From a virus (lineage: Duplodnaviria; Caudoviricetes): a stretch of DNA of 49,751 nt. Position numbers and translations under genes: made by a program. Position 1 is the first letter of the stretch. Each line of letters begins with the position of its first letter. Below are positions 9,055 through 18,795 of the stretch, piece after piece. Below the pieces are notes generated by a model that was not told the DNA's origin, searched no databases, and saw only the letters and a list, made by a program, of their open reading frames with translations. The stretch covers positions 1 to 49,751 of the IMG/VR virus record IMGVR_UViG_3300049052_000077; one strand, written 5' to 3'.

Positions 9055-9403
9055 GCTGAACGAAGACCAGCGGTGGGAGATCGCCCGCCACTTGGACAAG
9101 ATCCCCACGGCCTGCTGGGCGGACCTGTGCATCTGGGCAGTGTTCGCACCGGCGCCCGAGGAAGACGACGAGCCCGAGGACTTCGTGCCCAACACCGCGG
9201 CCGGTGCCCGGTGTGCGATGGATGCTAGCCGTGATGGCGGTTGCTACTGCGGGAAGTTCCGCACCGGGCTGGAACTGCCCGAGCCGCTGCCCGTGCACGA
9301 ACTCGCCTTCGCCGCCGACCCGTCGCGTTGGCTGCCGTCCATCGAACCCGCATCCCTGCTCGACACCGTAGCCGAGGCGATGGGTGGTGATGACGATGCG
9401 TAA
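9041..9403 (+). CDS. hypothetical Cys-containing protein
   Basis: Coupled ORF; CWADLC, CYCGK. Confidence 0.6.
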   Translation: MAAPELNEDQRWEIARHLDKIPTACWADLCIWAVFAPAPEEDDEPEDFVPNTAAGARCAMDASRDGGCYCGKFRTGLELPEPLPVHELAFAADPSRWLPSIEPASLLDTVAEAMGGDDDA

Positions 9404-9575
9404 CCCGTGGTGGTCCTGGTACGTGGACACCTCCAACCGGGGTGCCCGGATGCATGTCTGCCTGTACGCGTTCTGCCGCTGCCTCGACTGCCAGACGGAC
9501 CCGGAGTTGCGTCGCACCACCGCGATACAGCACAGCCAGCCGCAGGCACCGAAGGTGATCGGGGGTGCCCTGTGA
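9396..9575 (+). CDS. small Cys-rich protein
   Basis: HVCLYAFCRCLDC. Confidence 0.5.
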   Translation: MRNPWWSWYVDTSNRGARMHVCLYAFCRCLDCQTDPELRRTTAIQHSQPQAPKVIGGAL

Positions 9576-9784
9576 CCGTGCTGAGCGAACTGCTCGCCCG
9601 CGCATGGGAGCTGATCACCATCGGAGTCCTGCTCGGTGTCGGCATCTGCGCAGTCGCCGGCGTCCCGGACGAGTTCTCCGGCGCCCCGGCCGAACCCGAC
9701 GACGAGCTGGAGGAGTTCGACGACACCGCTGCATGGGACCGCGGACACGAGCAGTGGGTTGACGAGCAGATGGGGGTGTGGTGA
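9572..9784 (+). CDS. small membrane protein
   Basis: One hydrophobic segment and an acidic tail. Confidence 0.55.
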   Translation: MTVLSELLARAWELITIGVLLGVGICAVAGVPDEFSGAPAEPDDELEEFDDTAAWDRGHEQWVDEQMGVW

Positions 9785-9942
9785 TGGCGGTCAGGTTCGC
9801 CAATAAGCAGGTTGCGACAGAGGAGGAACTGAACGCTATCGCGCGTGCCTTCCTGTTCTCGTGCTGGCAGGAGATGGAGCGGTCGTGCCGCGCCGGAGAT
9901 CAGAGGCGGTACAGGCGCTCGAAGGAGAAGAAGGCGTCATGA
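9784..9942 (+). CDS. hypothetical protein (52 aa)
   Basis: TGATG and ATGA overlaps. Confidence 0.5.
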   Translation: MAVRFANKQVATEEELNAIARAFLFSCWQEMERSCRAGDQRRYRRSKEKKAS

Positions 9943-10619
9943 GCTCCTGCACCCGCTGCCGCAAGCAGTTCGACTACGGGCTGCGCAAGAACATGTGCCG
10001 CACTTGCTACTCCAACAACCGCAACCGGCAGATCGCCTTTGGTCGGTGGGTTCCGGGCGAGATCGACGCCAGCGACACCTACATCCGTCTTGTCACGTTT
10101 CGGGCTATGGGGATGAACCCGAGGCAGATCCAGCGCGCGGTGGGCATTTCTCAGACGGTGTACAACCGCATCCTGCGGGATGCCGCCAAGGGTGACGCGA
10201 AGGTCGATCCGATCACCGCGAAGAAGGTCCTCGCGGTGCCGGTCCCGAGGTCGGTCGGGGAGGTCATCGCCGGGGCGCGGGGTGGGGAGTTCGTGCCCGC
10301 GCTCGGCGCCCGCCGCCGACTGCAGTCCCTGGTAGCGGCTAGGTGGCCGATGATCGACCTGGCTGCGGAGTTGGGGGTGCGGCGCTCGGAGATCGACCGC
10401 CTCATCCACCGCAACTCGCAGATCCGGGCGTACCGCCATCACGAGGTGGTGGCGTTGTTCAACCGGTTGCAGTTCCAGCAGGGGCGTTCTGCCGAAGCGG
10501 CCGAGTACGCCCGTGAACGCAACTGGCCGCTGCCCTTCCAGTGGGAAGACGACCAGCTCGACGAGCCCGACGCCCGCCCGGCCGCGGGGTCTCGGCGGCG
10601 GATCAGGGCGGCGTCATGA
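9939..10619 (+). CDS. Zn-finger plus HTH DNA-binding protein
   Basis: CTRC...CRTCY; MNPRQIQRAVGISQTVYNRI; GARRRLQSLVA. Confidence 0.7.
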   Translation: MSSCTRCRKQFDYGLRKNMCRTCYSNNRNRQIAFGRWVPGEIDASDTYIRLVTFRAMGMNPRQIQRAVGISQTVYNRILRDAAKGDAKVDPITAKKVLAVPVPRSVGEVIAGARGGEFVPALGARRRLQSLVAARWPMIDLAAELGVRRSEIDRLIHRNSQIRAYRHHEVVALFNRLQFQQGRSAEAAEYARERNWPLPFQWEDDQLDEPDARPAAGSRRRIRAAS

Positions 10620-10789
10620 GCCGCGATCTCCGCACCTGGCAGAACGGCCGCTCCCTGCTGACCGTCGAGAGAGAGCCAGGAGGCGGCATCCGTTTCAACC
10701 TCGACGACATCGAAAACCCCGGCTACGGCGCCATGTTCGACGCGGCCACTCGCCAGGAGATCGCTGCATTCATCAAGGAGGGCCAGTGA
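10616..10789 (+). CDS. hypothetical protein
   Basis: Coupled ORF. Confidence 0.55.
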   Translation: MSRDLRTWQNGRSLLTVEREPGGGIRFNLDDIENPGYGAMFDAATRQEIAAFIKEGQ

Positions 10790-10869
10790 GTACCCACGAC
10801 TGCCCGTTCTGCCACGGCGCGAGCTGCGTCCACTGCGGCAGCGGGGAGGTGGACGACCGTGAGCTTTGA
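10786..10869 (+). CDS. 27-aa Cys-rich peptide
   Basis: CPFC...CVHC; AAGGAGG RBS. Confidence 0.4.
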   Translation: MSTHDCPFCHGASCVHCGSGEVDDREL

Positions 10870-11701
10870 CCAGGCGCCCACGGCCGCGGGGATCTACGAG
10901 GGAATCTCGGATGCGATCTACCACGGCGACAAGAACAGCCTGTCGTCCTCCGGCGCTCGCAGGCTCCTGCCCCCGTCCTGCCCGGCGGTGTTCAAACACG
11001 AACGCGACAACCCGCCGCCCTCGAACGAGGACTACGACCTCGGCCACGCTGTGCACGCCCTCGTGCTCGGCGCCGGGCTGGAGATCGCAGAGATCGAGGC
11101 GAAGGACTGGCGCACCAACGACGCGAAGAAGCAGCGGACGGAGGCGTACGCCGAGGGCAAGGTGCCGCTGCTGACTGCGGTGGCGAAGCAGGCCAGAACG
11201 ATGGCGTGGACGGTGCGTGACCACCCGCAAGCAGGGAAGTTGCTGGCCGAGGGCCGCCCGGAGGTTTCGATGTATTGGACCGATCCGGCGACATGGGTGC
11301 GGTTGCGCGCCCGCCCCGACTGGATGACGGAGGCCGCCGGCCCGTTGACGCTGGTGGATTTCAAAACGACCAAGGCTGCTGACCCGCAGCTGTTCCGGGC
11401 GTCGGCGTCCTCGCTCGGATACCACCAGCAGGCGGCCTGGTACATCGACGGTGCCCGCGATCTCCTCGGCGCCGACCCGCGGTTCGTGTTCATCGCCCAG
11501 GAGAAGGAACCTCCCTATCTGGTGTCGGTGCACGAGTTCACCCGGGAAGACATCGAGATCGGCCGCCGCCTCAACCGGTTGGCCGTCGACATCTACGCCG
11601 CCTGTGTGGCCGAGGACTACTGGCCCGGCTACGGCGACCACATCCATCAAATGCGCCTCACGTCTCGGGCGCGCTACCACGCTGAGGAGCTGCTTTCGTG
11701 A
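10859..11701 (+). CDS. RecE/ExoVIII-like PD-(D/E)XK exonuclease
   Basis: LSSSGAR, GHAVHAL, EVSMYW, RARPDW, VDFKTT, YHQQAAWY. Confidence 0.9.
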   Translation: MSFDQAPTAAGIYEGISDAIYHGDKNSLSSSGARRLLPPSCPAVFKHERDNPPPSNEDYDLGHAVHALVLGAGLEIAEIEAKDWRTNDAKKQRTEAYAEGKVPLLTAVAKQARTMAWTVRDHPQAGKLLAEGRPEVSMYWTDPATWVRLRARPDWMTEAAGPLTLVDFKTTKAADPQLFRASASSLGYHQQAAWYIDGARDLLGADPRFVFIAQEKEPPYLVSVHEFTREDIEIGRRLNRLAVDIYAACVAEDYWPGYGDHIHQMRLTSRARYHAEELLS

Positions 11702-12324
11702 CCACGATCTATCAGGCACTGAGCGCGGTGATGAACGACGTCGGCGCCGTCGGCAAGGGCAGTTGGAACGATGCCCCGGGGGCCAAGTACAACTTCCGCG
11801 GCGTCGATGACGTGATCAACGCCGTCGGCCCGGTGCTCAGGAAGCACGGAGTCATCGTCGTTCCCGAACTGGTGAGCGCCGTCTACGAGGTCGTCACTGT
11901 CGGCAAGAACCGCACGGAGATGGCGTCTGTGCGCCTCCAGGTCAAGTTCCACTGGTTCGGTCCCGAGGGCGACGAGATCGTGGCTGCCGTGGCTGCCGAG
12001 AGTTTCGACTCCGGCGACAAGGCCACAGCGAAGGCGCATTCGGTGGCCTATCGCACCGCGCTCATTCAGACGCTGTGTCTGCCCACCGATGAGCAGGATC
12101 CGGAACTGGATAACTACGAACGTTCGGCCGCGGATGAGTCGCAGGACCCTCCGACTGCGGCGCGTGAGGAACTGCTGGCCCTGCTCAAGGAGATCGGGAT
12201 CGAGCCCGGCGAGGCGGCTGATCGGTTCTCCGCCGACGGCCACGGCAACATCGGCCAGTCGACCAACGTCGAGGCGATCAAGGCGCTCACCGCTCACTAC
12301 AAGAAGCAGGCGGGCCGCGCATGA
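11698..12324 (+). CDS. ERF-family single-strand annealing protein
   Basis: YNFRGVDDVINAV; DSGDKATAKAHSVAYRTAL. Confidence 0.9.
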   Translation: MTTIYQALSAVMNDVGAVGKGSWNDAPGAKYNFRGVDDVINAVGPVLRKHGVIVVPELVSAVYEVVTVGKNRTEMASVRLQVKFHWFGPEGDEIVAAVAAESFDSGDKATAKAHSVAYRTALIQTLCLPTDEQDPELDNYERSAADESQDPPTAAREELLALLKEIGIEPGEAADRFSADGHGNIGQSTNVEAIKALTAHYKKQAGRA

Positions 12325-12698
12325 CCGACGAATTCGACGAAGCCTTCAACCTGGTCGATATCGCCCGCAACCTCAAGCGCCTCGAATCCACCGGTGGCCG
12401 GGCCGCACTGGAGCTGAAGAAGCTGCGCGTCAAGCAGGCCGAAGCGCGAAAGGCGTTGCGCGATGCTCGTGCCAGCGTGCGGGCGTCTGCTCCGCGGATG
12501 TCCGACAAAGCCAGGGCCGAGTGGGTTGATGACCACACTGGCGAAGATCAATACCTGGCTGAGCTGGCTGAGATCGAGGTCAAGTACGGCGCCGACATGG
12601 TGGAGGAGCGGCGATCGGAGCGGTCGTCGTTGCAGACCAGGGCGAAGCTGGCGATCGAGGCGATGCGCTTGAGCGGCTACGGCGGTGATGGCGCATGA
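12321..12698 (+). CDS. coiled-coil protein of the recombination module
   Basis: Coupled ORF, helical. Confidence 0.65.
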   Translation: MTDEFDEAFNLVDIARNLKRLESTGGRAALELKKLRVKQAEARKALRDARASVRASAPRMSDKARAEWVDDHTGEDQYLAELAEIEVKYGADMVEERRSERSSLQTRAKLAIEAMRLSGYGGDGA

Positions 12699-13102
12699 GC
12701 GTCAATCCCCGTCTCCGGGATGTGGTCCGGCAGTCGTGGCCGAAGCGCCAACCGCGCACCAAGCGGGTGAAGAACCCCGGAGAGACCAACACCCGCAAGC
12801 TGCTGGCTGTCCGTTCCGGCGGTCTGTGTGAACGCTGCGGCATCAGCCCCGCGGAGTCGGTACATCACCGGGTGAAGCGTTCCCAGGGCGGCCCGTGGTC
12901 GGCATCCAACTGCGTCCACGTCTGCGGTGACGGCGTTCGTGGATGCCACGGCTTCGCTGAGCACAACCCGAACGCCGCTGAACCCGAGGGGCTGCATCTA
13001 CGTCCGTGGATGACGCCTGCTGATTCCCGGTTCCTGTACCGCGGCCGGTGGGTGCTGCTCGACGACGCTGGCCGTGTCGAGCCGATCGGGGGTGAGGCAT
13101 GA
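12695..13102 (+). CDS. HNH endonuclease
   Basis: CERC...HHRVKRSQGG...SNCVHVCG...GCH. Confidence 0.85.
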   Translation: MSVNPRLRDVVRQSWPKRQPRTKRVKNPGETNTRKLLAVRSGGLCERCGISPAESVHHRVKRSQGGPWSASNCVHVCGDGVRGCHGFAEHNPNAAEPEGLHLRPWMTPADSRFLYRGRWVLLDDAGRVEPIGGEA

Positions 13103-13764
13103 AACCCCGCCTGCTCGACCTGTTCTGCTGCGCTGGCGGCGCGAGCACCGGCTACGCCCGCGCTGGCTTCGAGGTCGTCGGTGTGGACATCGCGCCACAA
13201 CCGAACTATCCGTTCACCTTCCATCAGGGTGACGCCCTGGAGTTCCTGATGGAGCACGGCGAGGAGTTCGACGCGATAGCCGCCTCGCCCCCCTGCCAGG
13301 CGTACACGCCCCTGGGGGCGCTGCATCCACACAAGGAGTACCCGGACCTCGTCGCGGCGACGAGGGCGGCGCTGGACATCATCGGCAGGCCGTACGTGAT
13401 CGAGAACGTCATGTCGGCGCCGCTGATCAAGGGTAAGTCGATCGTGTTGTGCGGCGAGATGTTCGGTCTGCGCACTATTCGGCATCGTCGCTTCGAGTCC
13501 AACCTGCCTCTCGTCGCTCCGCCGCATGTTCTGCCGCACCGCAAGAAGACCGCGACCAAGCAGCGGCGCCTGCGATGGGCGGCGGGGGACCACGTCTCCA
13601 TCACCGGGGATGTCGGTACCTATGTGGGCCCGGAGGGGTTGGGCATCGACTGGATGAGCGGCGACGAGCTGTGTCAGGCCATTCCCCCGGCGTACACCGC
13701 ATGGATCGGCCGCCAGTTGCTGTCCTCTCTGGCCGTCTCCCCGATCGAAGGAGGGGCGGCGTGA
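13099..13764 (+). CDS. DNA cytosine-C5 methyltransferase (short)
   Basis: Motif I LDLFCCAGG, motif IV SPPCQ, motif VI IENV, C-terminal QAIPP. Confidence 0.85.
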   Translation: MKPRLLDLFCCAGGASTGYARAGFEVVGVDIAPQPNYPFTFHQGDALEFLMEHGEEFDAIAASPPCQAYTPLGALHPHKEYPDLVAATRAALDIIGRPYVIENVMSAPLIKGKSIVLCGEMFGLRTIRHRRFESNLPLVAPPHVLPHRKKTATKQRRLRWAAGDHVSITGDVGTYVGPEGLGIDWMSGDELCQAIPPAYTAWIGRQLLSSLAVSPIEGGAA

Positions 13765-14237
13765 CCGACACCTTCCGTCTCCTCATCACCGGCTCCCGTC
13801 AATGGCCCGACGAGAACGCCGTGTGGGAGTCCATCGCCATGGCCATCGCGGAGAACCTGCCGGACGGTGGCACGGTCACTGTCGTGCACGGCGGCTGCCC
13901 GACCGGCGCCGACAACTTCGCCCACACGTGGTTCTCCCTGCCGATCTGCGAACCCGACTACCGCGCGGTGGAGGAGGTGTACCCCGCGGACTGGCACCGG
14001 CTCGGCAAAGCTGCTGGTCCGCTGCGGAACCGGCGGATGGTCAACCTCGGCGCCGACCTCGTCCTCGCGTTCCCGCTGCCGGGTGCCCGGTCGCTGTCAC
14101 GGGGCACGTGGGATTGCGTGGACCGGGCGCGGATCGCCGGTTTGCGGGTGGAGGTCGTGGCGCTGACGGATGCGCCTCGGGTGGCTTGGGATGAGCCGGG
14201 GCTGTTCGAGATCGGGGAGATGCCGCATGGGTGCTGA
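13761..14237 (+). CDS. SLOG/DUF2493 (YspA-like) protein
   Basis: LLITGSR, VVHGGCPTGAD, ADW..GKAAGPLRNRRMV, SRGTWDC. Confidence 0.85.
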   Translation: MTDTFRLLITGSRQWPDENAVWESIAMAIAENLPDGGTVTVVHGGCPTGADNFAHTWFSLPICEPDYRAVEEVYPADWHRLGKAAGPLRNRRMVNLGADLVLAFPLPGARSLSRGTWDCVDRARIAGLRVEVVALTDAPRVAWDEPGLFEIGEMPHGC

Positions 14238-14285
14238 ATGCGTTGTGGGACTCACACATTCGTTCGAATCCGGCGGGTGTGGCGG

Positions 14286-14315
14286 CTCGAGATCCCAGCG
14301 AATCCTCGGTAAAAT
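14286..14315 (+). promoter_or_regulatory. promoter CTCGAG-N18-TAAAAT
   Basis: One of five copies with identical spacing. Confidence 0.65.
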
Positions 14316-14414
14316 CAGGCCAGAACTGAAGACGGCCCCGGGCGGCGCGCCAACGCCGGTACCCCCAGGGCCTAGAACCCCCTTTTCCACTGCAACTGGA
14401 AAGGAGGCCCTGAG

Positions 14415-14711
14415 TTGAGGATATCTCTGCCTGGGCACCCTTCGCGTGCCGATCCCCAAATCGGCGTTTCCGAGCCTCGAACGTACATCGTCGAGATGCT
14501 CGATCACATCCGTCGCCAAGAGCAGAACATCGCCTTGAGTAAGGCGCATTACCTGCTGCTCGCCGATGCGAACGGACTATCCGCCGACGAGATCGCCGAG
14601 GCGATCGGCATGTCCTCCTCTGGAGTGCGCCGAGCCATCCGCCGTGCCGCGTCGTGCCCGCCCTATCTCGGTTCCGGCGACGCTGCCGGACGCATCCCGG
14701 AGGTGCCATGA
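14415..14711 (+). CDS. HTH protein
   Basis: GLSADEIAEAIGMSSSGVRRAIRR; AAGGAGG RBS. Confidence 0.7.
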   Translation: MRISLPGHPSRADPQIGVSEPRTYIVEMLDHIRRQEQNIALSKAHYLLLADANGLSADEIAEAIGMSSSGVRRAIRRAASCPPYLGSGDAAGRIPEVP

Positions 14712-15619
14712 GGATCCGCAGTACCAAGCCCGAGTTCTGGCGCTCCGAGCGGATCGCGGACCTGTCGTGGGATGCGCGCCTGGTTCTCAAGGGCCTTGAG
14801 TCCTACGTGGATGACAACGGCGTGGGCAAGGACGACGTAGCCCTGGTCGTGGCCGACGTGTTTCCCCGCGACATGGTTCGCGAGACCTCGCGAACTCTCG
14901 CGAGGGTTTCGGAAGCTATTTCCGAGCTTCACCAGAAGGGATTCGTTCACCGCTACGAGTCCGACGGCACCCGACTGATGTATCTGTCGTGGTGGGAGTC
15001 GTTCCAGCGCATCGACAAGCCGACCCGGGGGCGTTTCCCCAGGCCAGACGGCTCCATGAACTACAAAGACTCCACGATCGGCGAGTCTCTCGCGAGTCCT
15101 CGCGAATCCTCCGGAGCCCTCGCGCCTGGAACAGGGGAACAGAGGAACAGAGGAACAGAGGAACAGGAAGAGACTTGTTCACCGGCTGCGCCGCCGAACG
15201 CCGCGCCGAAGTCCACCGCCGCCAAGGTGACCGAGCCTCCTGGATTCGCCGAGTTCTGGGCCGCATACCCGCGGCGGCAGGGCAAGGGCGCCGCCATCAA
15301 GGCTTGGGTTAAGGCGACGCGGAAGGCCAGCCCGCAGGCAATCGTCGACGGCGCTCGCCGCTACGAGGCCGACCCCAATCGAGACCCCGCCTACACGGCG
15401 ATGGCGTCGACATGGCTCAACGCCGAGCGGTGGACCGACGACCCCTTGCCGCCGCGCCGAGGCAATGCACGCGCCACGTCGGCCGACAGGGAGTCCGTCA
15501 TTGCCGCCGCCGAGCAGGCCAAGCGCAACACAGACCCCGACCTGATGAGGCGCGCATGGCCCTCGCAGGCCACTGAAACTCCCGCGCAACTGCGCGCCAT
15601 CCCTGGAGGTTTGGCATGA
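14708..15619 (+). CDS. replication initiator (RepA/lambda O-like)
   Basis: MRIRSTKPEFWRS...DDNGVG; FAEFWAAYPRRQGK...STWLNAERWTD. Confidence 0.85.
   Translation: MRIRSTKPEFWRSERIADLSWDARLVLKGLESYVDDNGVGKDDVALVVADVFPRDMVRETSRTLARVSEAISELHQKGFVHRYESDGTRLMYLSWWESFQRIDKPTRGRFPRPDGSMNYKDSTIGESLASPRESSGALAPGTGEQRNRGTEEQEETCSPAAPPNAAPKSTAAKVTEPPGFAEFWAAYPRRQGKGAAIKAWVKATRKASPQAIVDGARRYEADPNRDPAYTAMASTWLNAERWTDDPLPPRRGNARATSADRESVIAAAEQAKRNTDPDLMRRAWPSQATETPAQLRAIPGGLA
15081..15167 (+). repeat. iteron-like repeats (probable origin)
   Basis: About four 10-mers CGCGAGTCCT, then five 8-mers GGAACAG(A/G), inside the initiator gene. Confidence 0.6.
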
Positions 15620-15849
15620 CCCATGACGAGATCGTGACCCTGTTGCAGGTGGTCACCCGATACGACGGCCGCGACATCGACGAAAGCTCGATCATGGTGT
15701 GGACCGAAGCCGCCCGTCGCCGCAACTGGACCTTCGATGAGGCCGTCAACGCCGTGCACGAGCACTACGCCGACCAGACCCGCTGGATCATGCCCGGTCA
15801 CGTCAGTCAGCTCATCCGTCGCGCTCGGGGTGCGAATTGGCAGGAGTGA
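15616..15849 (+). CDS. helicase loader/inhibitor-like protein
   Basis: Lies between initiator and helicase; YDGR...W...AVHEHY...WIMPGHV. Confidence 0.65.
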   Translation: MTHDEIVTLLQVVTRYDGRDIDESSIMVWTEAARRRNWTFDEAVNAVHEHYADQTRWIMPGHVSQLIRRARGANWQE

Positions 15850-17159
15850 ACGACGGCGCGCCTATCGCCTACGACATGACCGCCGAGCGGGCATTGCTCG
15901 GGACGGCGATGTCCTCGCCCGACCGTATCCGGGACACGTTCCTGGCGATCGGTCCCGACGACTGGTTCCACCACACGACCCGCAACCTCGCGGCAGTGGT
16001 CGCCGGGATGATGACTGCGGGCAAGCCGATCGACCCGGAGACCGTGCTCGTCGAGGCGGCCAACCGCGGACTCGTCCCCGTCAAGGTGGACCCGATGTTC
16101 GTGCTCAGCTGCCACGCGCACGCCGCGCTGCCTGAGGCGGCGGCGGTCCACGCCGAGCGCATCAAGGGGCTGGCTGCCACGCGGCAACTGAACACAGCGG
16201 CTGGTCGTCTGCTGCAACGTACGAACTCCTCATGGGAGAGCGGGGTCGATCGCCTCGACTTGGATGCGCACATCCGCGAGATGCGGCGTGCCCTGGACCA
16301 GGCCGAGCGGACCGCGGGGGAACTGGACTACCAACCGCCGCAGGGAATCGCCGACTACCTGGAGTCGATCTCCCAGGAACACGACTGGTTGGTGCCCGGA
16401 CTGCTGGAGCGCATGGACCGCGTGGTGATCACCGGAGCGGAAGGCGGCGGCAAGTCCGTGGCCTGTCGGCAGATCGCCTGCACCCTTGCCGCGGGGATGC
16501 ACCCGTTCACCGCAGCGCTTCTGGGGTCCGGCAACCACCACACCCGCGTCCTGTACGTCGACTGCGAGAACTCCCCGCAGCAGTCCGCTCGCCAGTTCCG
16601 CAAGATGCTCTCCACCATCGACCACCGGCGCCGGAACATGGGTGTCTCGCCGATGGACTGGAACGACTACATGTCGCTGGAGGTTCGTCCGGCCGGCATC
16701 GACCTGCTGGGAGGTGCGGACACCGCCTGGTTGGAGCGCACCATCAGCGCCTTCGCCCCGGACCTGCTGGTGCTGGGCCCGCTGTACAAGCTCCACCACG
16801 AGAACCCGAACGACGAGAAGCCCGCTCGCGAGATCGCGTGGGTGATCGACGGACTCAGGGAGCGGCACGGTTTCGCACTGCTCACCGAGGCGCACGCCGG
16901 GAAGTCGACTACCGGTGACGGTCGCCGCAACATGGCGCCGATCGGGTCGAGCATGTGGCTTCGCTGGCCGGAGTTCGGGTTCGGTCTGCGCCGCTCGGAC
17001 AACGACACCGCCAAGGGCCGCGCTGAGTTGGTGGACGTCGTGTCCTGGCGCGGTTCCCGCGAGGAGCGGTCGTGGCCGAGCCAACTCCAGTACTCCCCGA
17101 TTCTGCCGTGGATGCCCGCGGACCCCGCCTACTACGAAACTGCCCGGAGCGCGTCATGA
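15846..17159 (+). CDS. DnaB/RecA-fold replicative helicase
   Basis: AERALLG N-terminus, WLVPGLL, Walker A GAEGGGKS, YVDCEN. Confidence 0.85.
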   Translation: MNDGAPIAYDMTAERALLGTAMSSPDRIRDTFLAIGPDDWFHHTTRNLAAVVAGMMTAGKPIDPETVLVEAANRGLVPVKVDPMFVLSCHAHAALPEAAAVHAERIKGLAATRQLNTAAGRLLQRTNSSWESGVDRLDLDAHIREMRRALDQAERTAGELDYQPPQGIADYLESISQEHDWLVPGLLERMDRVVITGAEGGGKSVACRQIACTLAAGMHPFTAALLGSGNHHTRVLYVDCENSPQQSARQFRKMLSTIDHRRRNMGVSPMDWNDYMSLEVRPAGIDLLGGADTAWLERTISAFAPDLLVLGPLYKLHHENPNDEKPAREIAWVIDGLRERHGFALLTEAHAGKSTTGDGRRNMAPIGSSMWLRWPEFGFGLRRSDNDTAKGRAELVDVVSWRGSREERSWPSQLQYSPILPWMPADPAYYETARSAS

Positions 17160-17467
17160 GCCAGCAACCCTCCCGCCCTATCCGGATCACCCGGATACCC
17201 CAACCCGCCCCCGTTCAGCCCGCAGAGAGCCACACAGCCCCCTCTACGCCCCCTCGTGGCCCGATCGTGTGCCGCATCTGCGGCGCCCAGGTGATCGACC
17301 GGGACAAGCACACGCAGTTCCATGCGGACATCGCGAAGGTGACGCGGTGGATGCAGCGGGTGAACGAGATCCTCGGCGACCGAGACAGCCAGCCACGGGA
17401 AGGCATTCCCACCGCTGAAGAAACCATCCCCACTGATGGGGAATCCCAGATCGGAGACAACCAGTGA
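17156..17467 (+). CDS. hypothetical protein (CxxC...H..H)
   Basis: Coupled ORF. Confidence 0.6.
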   Translation: MSQQPSRPIRITRIPQPAPVQPAESHTAPSTPPRGPIVCRICGAQVIDRDKHTQFHADIAKVTRWMQRVNEILGDRDSQPREGIPTAEETIPTDGESQIGDNQ

Positions 17468-17670
17468 CCCAGGTTCGAATCTCGATTTCGTCGGAAGTTG
17501 GCGATGTCGACGTGACCGAGGAGGAGCGGTTCGTCCGGTACGGCGACCTCGAGGAGGAACGCATCGCGGCGTTGCTGAGCCGCGCCCTCGACAAGGTGGA
17601 TCGCGCCTACGGGTTGAGCCAGAAGCGCGGCACCGAGGCGCCGAAGCCGATGGGCGGTGAGGCTCTGTGA
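17464..17670 (+). CDS. hypothetical protein
   Basis: Coupled ORF. Confidence 0.6.
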   Translation: MTQVRISISSEVGDVDVTEEERFVRYGDLEEERIAALLSRALDKVDRAYGLSQKRGTEAPKPMGGEAL

Positions 17671-18245
17671 GCCCTCAGACCACCCGGAGACACCAGACCC
17701 CCACCGTTAGCGCGGCAGAGACGCCAGGAGGCGGGCAAACGACGCGCTGCGGCGCGACGGCCACCGCCCCATTCACCGATATCTGCGTCTGGTGCGCACT
17801 CCCGCAGGGGCACGCAGGCCGACACCGTGGCTTCATCCCGCAAACCGCATGCCCGGACGCCACCTTCGAGTGGCCGGGCGATCGACCGGCCCCACCTACG
17901 CCATCGCCGAAAGGCCCACCGATGACTGACCGCGACACCCTGACCGCCCTGCTCGCCGGGACCCCTGGGATTGGTGACTACGCCGCCCATCAGGGTGCTG
18001 GGCGCGTCATCCGTTCGGGCTGGCGCCCACCCGCCCAGGCGATCACCGACCCGACCGAGGCAGACCGACTCCCCGCCGGCGCCGTCGTCATCACCTCCGC
18101 TGGCCAGGTCGCCCAACGCTACGACGGCATGGGCGGTTGGTGGCAGGTGCTCGACGGTGACCCGATCGACAGCTCGGCCGAGTTGATCGGCACCGGCTCG
18201 ATCGAAGTCCTGCGCATCCCGACCGAGAACGGAGACGCCGAATGA
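17667..18245 (+). CDS. hypothetical protein (alternative start 17922)
   Basis: Coupled ORF. Confidence 0.55.
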   Translation: MSPQTTRRHQTPTVSAAETPGGGQTTRCGATATAPFTDICVWCALPQGHAGRHRGFIPQTACPDATFEWPGDRPAPPTPSPKGPPMTDRDTLTALLAGTPGIGDYAAHQGAGRVIRSGWRPPAQAITDPTEADRLPAGAVVITSAGQVAQRYDGMGGWWQVLDGDPIDSSAELIGTGSIEVLRIPTENGDAE

Positions 18246-18493
18246 GCGACAACTGGATCGAACCCCGCGAGGTAATCGACCTTGTCGAGCGGTACGTCAG
18301 CGCAGAGCTTCGCGCCGCCAAGGACTACGAGAACCGGACCCCACTGGACAACTCCGGTGTGTGGTCGCTTCACCAGCTCGCGCGTGACATCTACGAGCAG
18401 GGCGTCAAGGACGGGATGGTTCAGGAGCAGATGCGCGACACGCGTGCCCGGCAGCGGGAACTCGACGCCGAGAAGGCGAGGGCCAGCGAATGA
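18242..18493 (+). CDS. hypothetical protein
   Basis: Coupled ORF. Confidence 0.65.
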   Translation: MSDNWIEPREVIDLVERYVSAELRAAKDYENRTPLDNSGVWSLHQLARDIYEQGVKDGMVQEQMRDTRARQRELDAEKARASE

Positions 18494-18795
18494 GCGACAC
18501 CCGAGAAGCATTGGCGCGGAAGCTGGGTAAGGCACGAGCCGGGGCAACGTGGCAGCTGAGCGCGCAGGCTCTCGCCGACGAGATCCTCGCCGAGTTCCTG
18601 GTTGTCCCTCGCTCCGAGGTGTCCATCGAGTACGGCGTCCAGTACGGCAGTTTCGTGCACGGCGATGTCGTCAGCGCGGACGCGGCGCGACGTCGAGCGG
18701 TGAAGGTGTTCGAACAGCCGGCGGACGCTGCCCGGCAACGCCTGGTGTGGGCCGGTCCGTGGTCCCCGCTGCCCGAGAACGGAGACGGTCAGTGA
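18490..18795 (+). CDS. hypothetical protein
   Basis: Coupled ORF. Confidence 0.6.
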   Translation: MSDTREALARKLGKARAGATWQLSAQALADEILAEFLVVPRSEVSIEYGVQYGSFVHGDVVSADAARRRAVKVFEQPADAARQRLVWAGPWSPLPENGDGQ

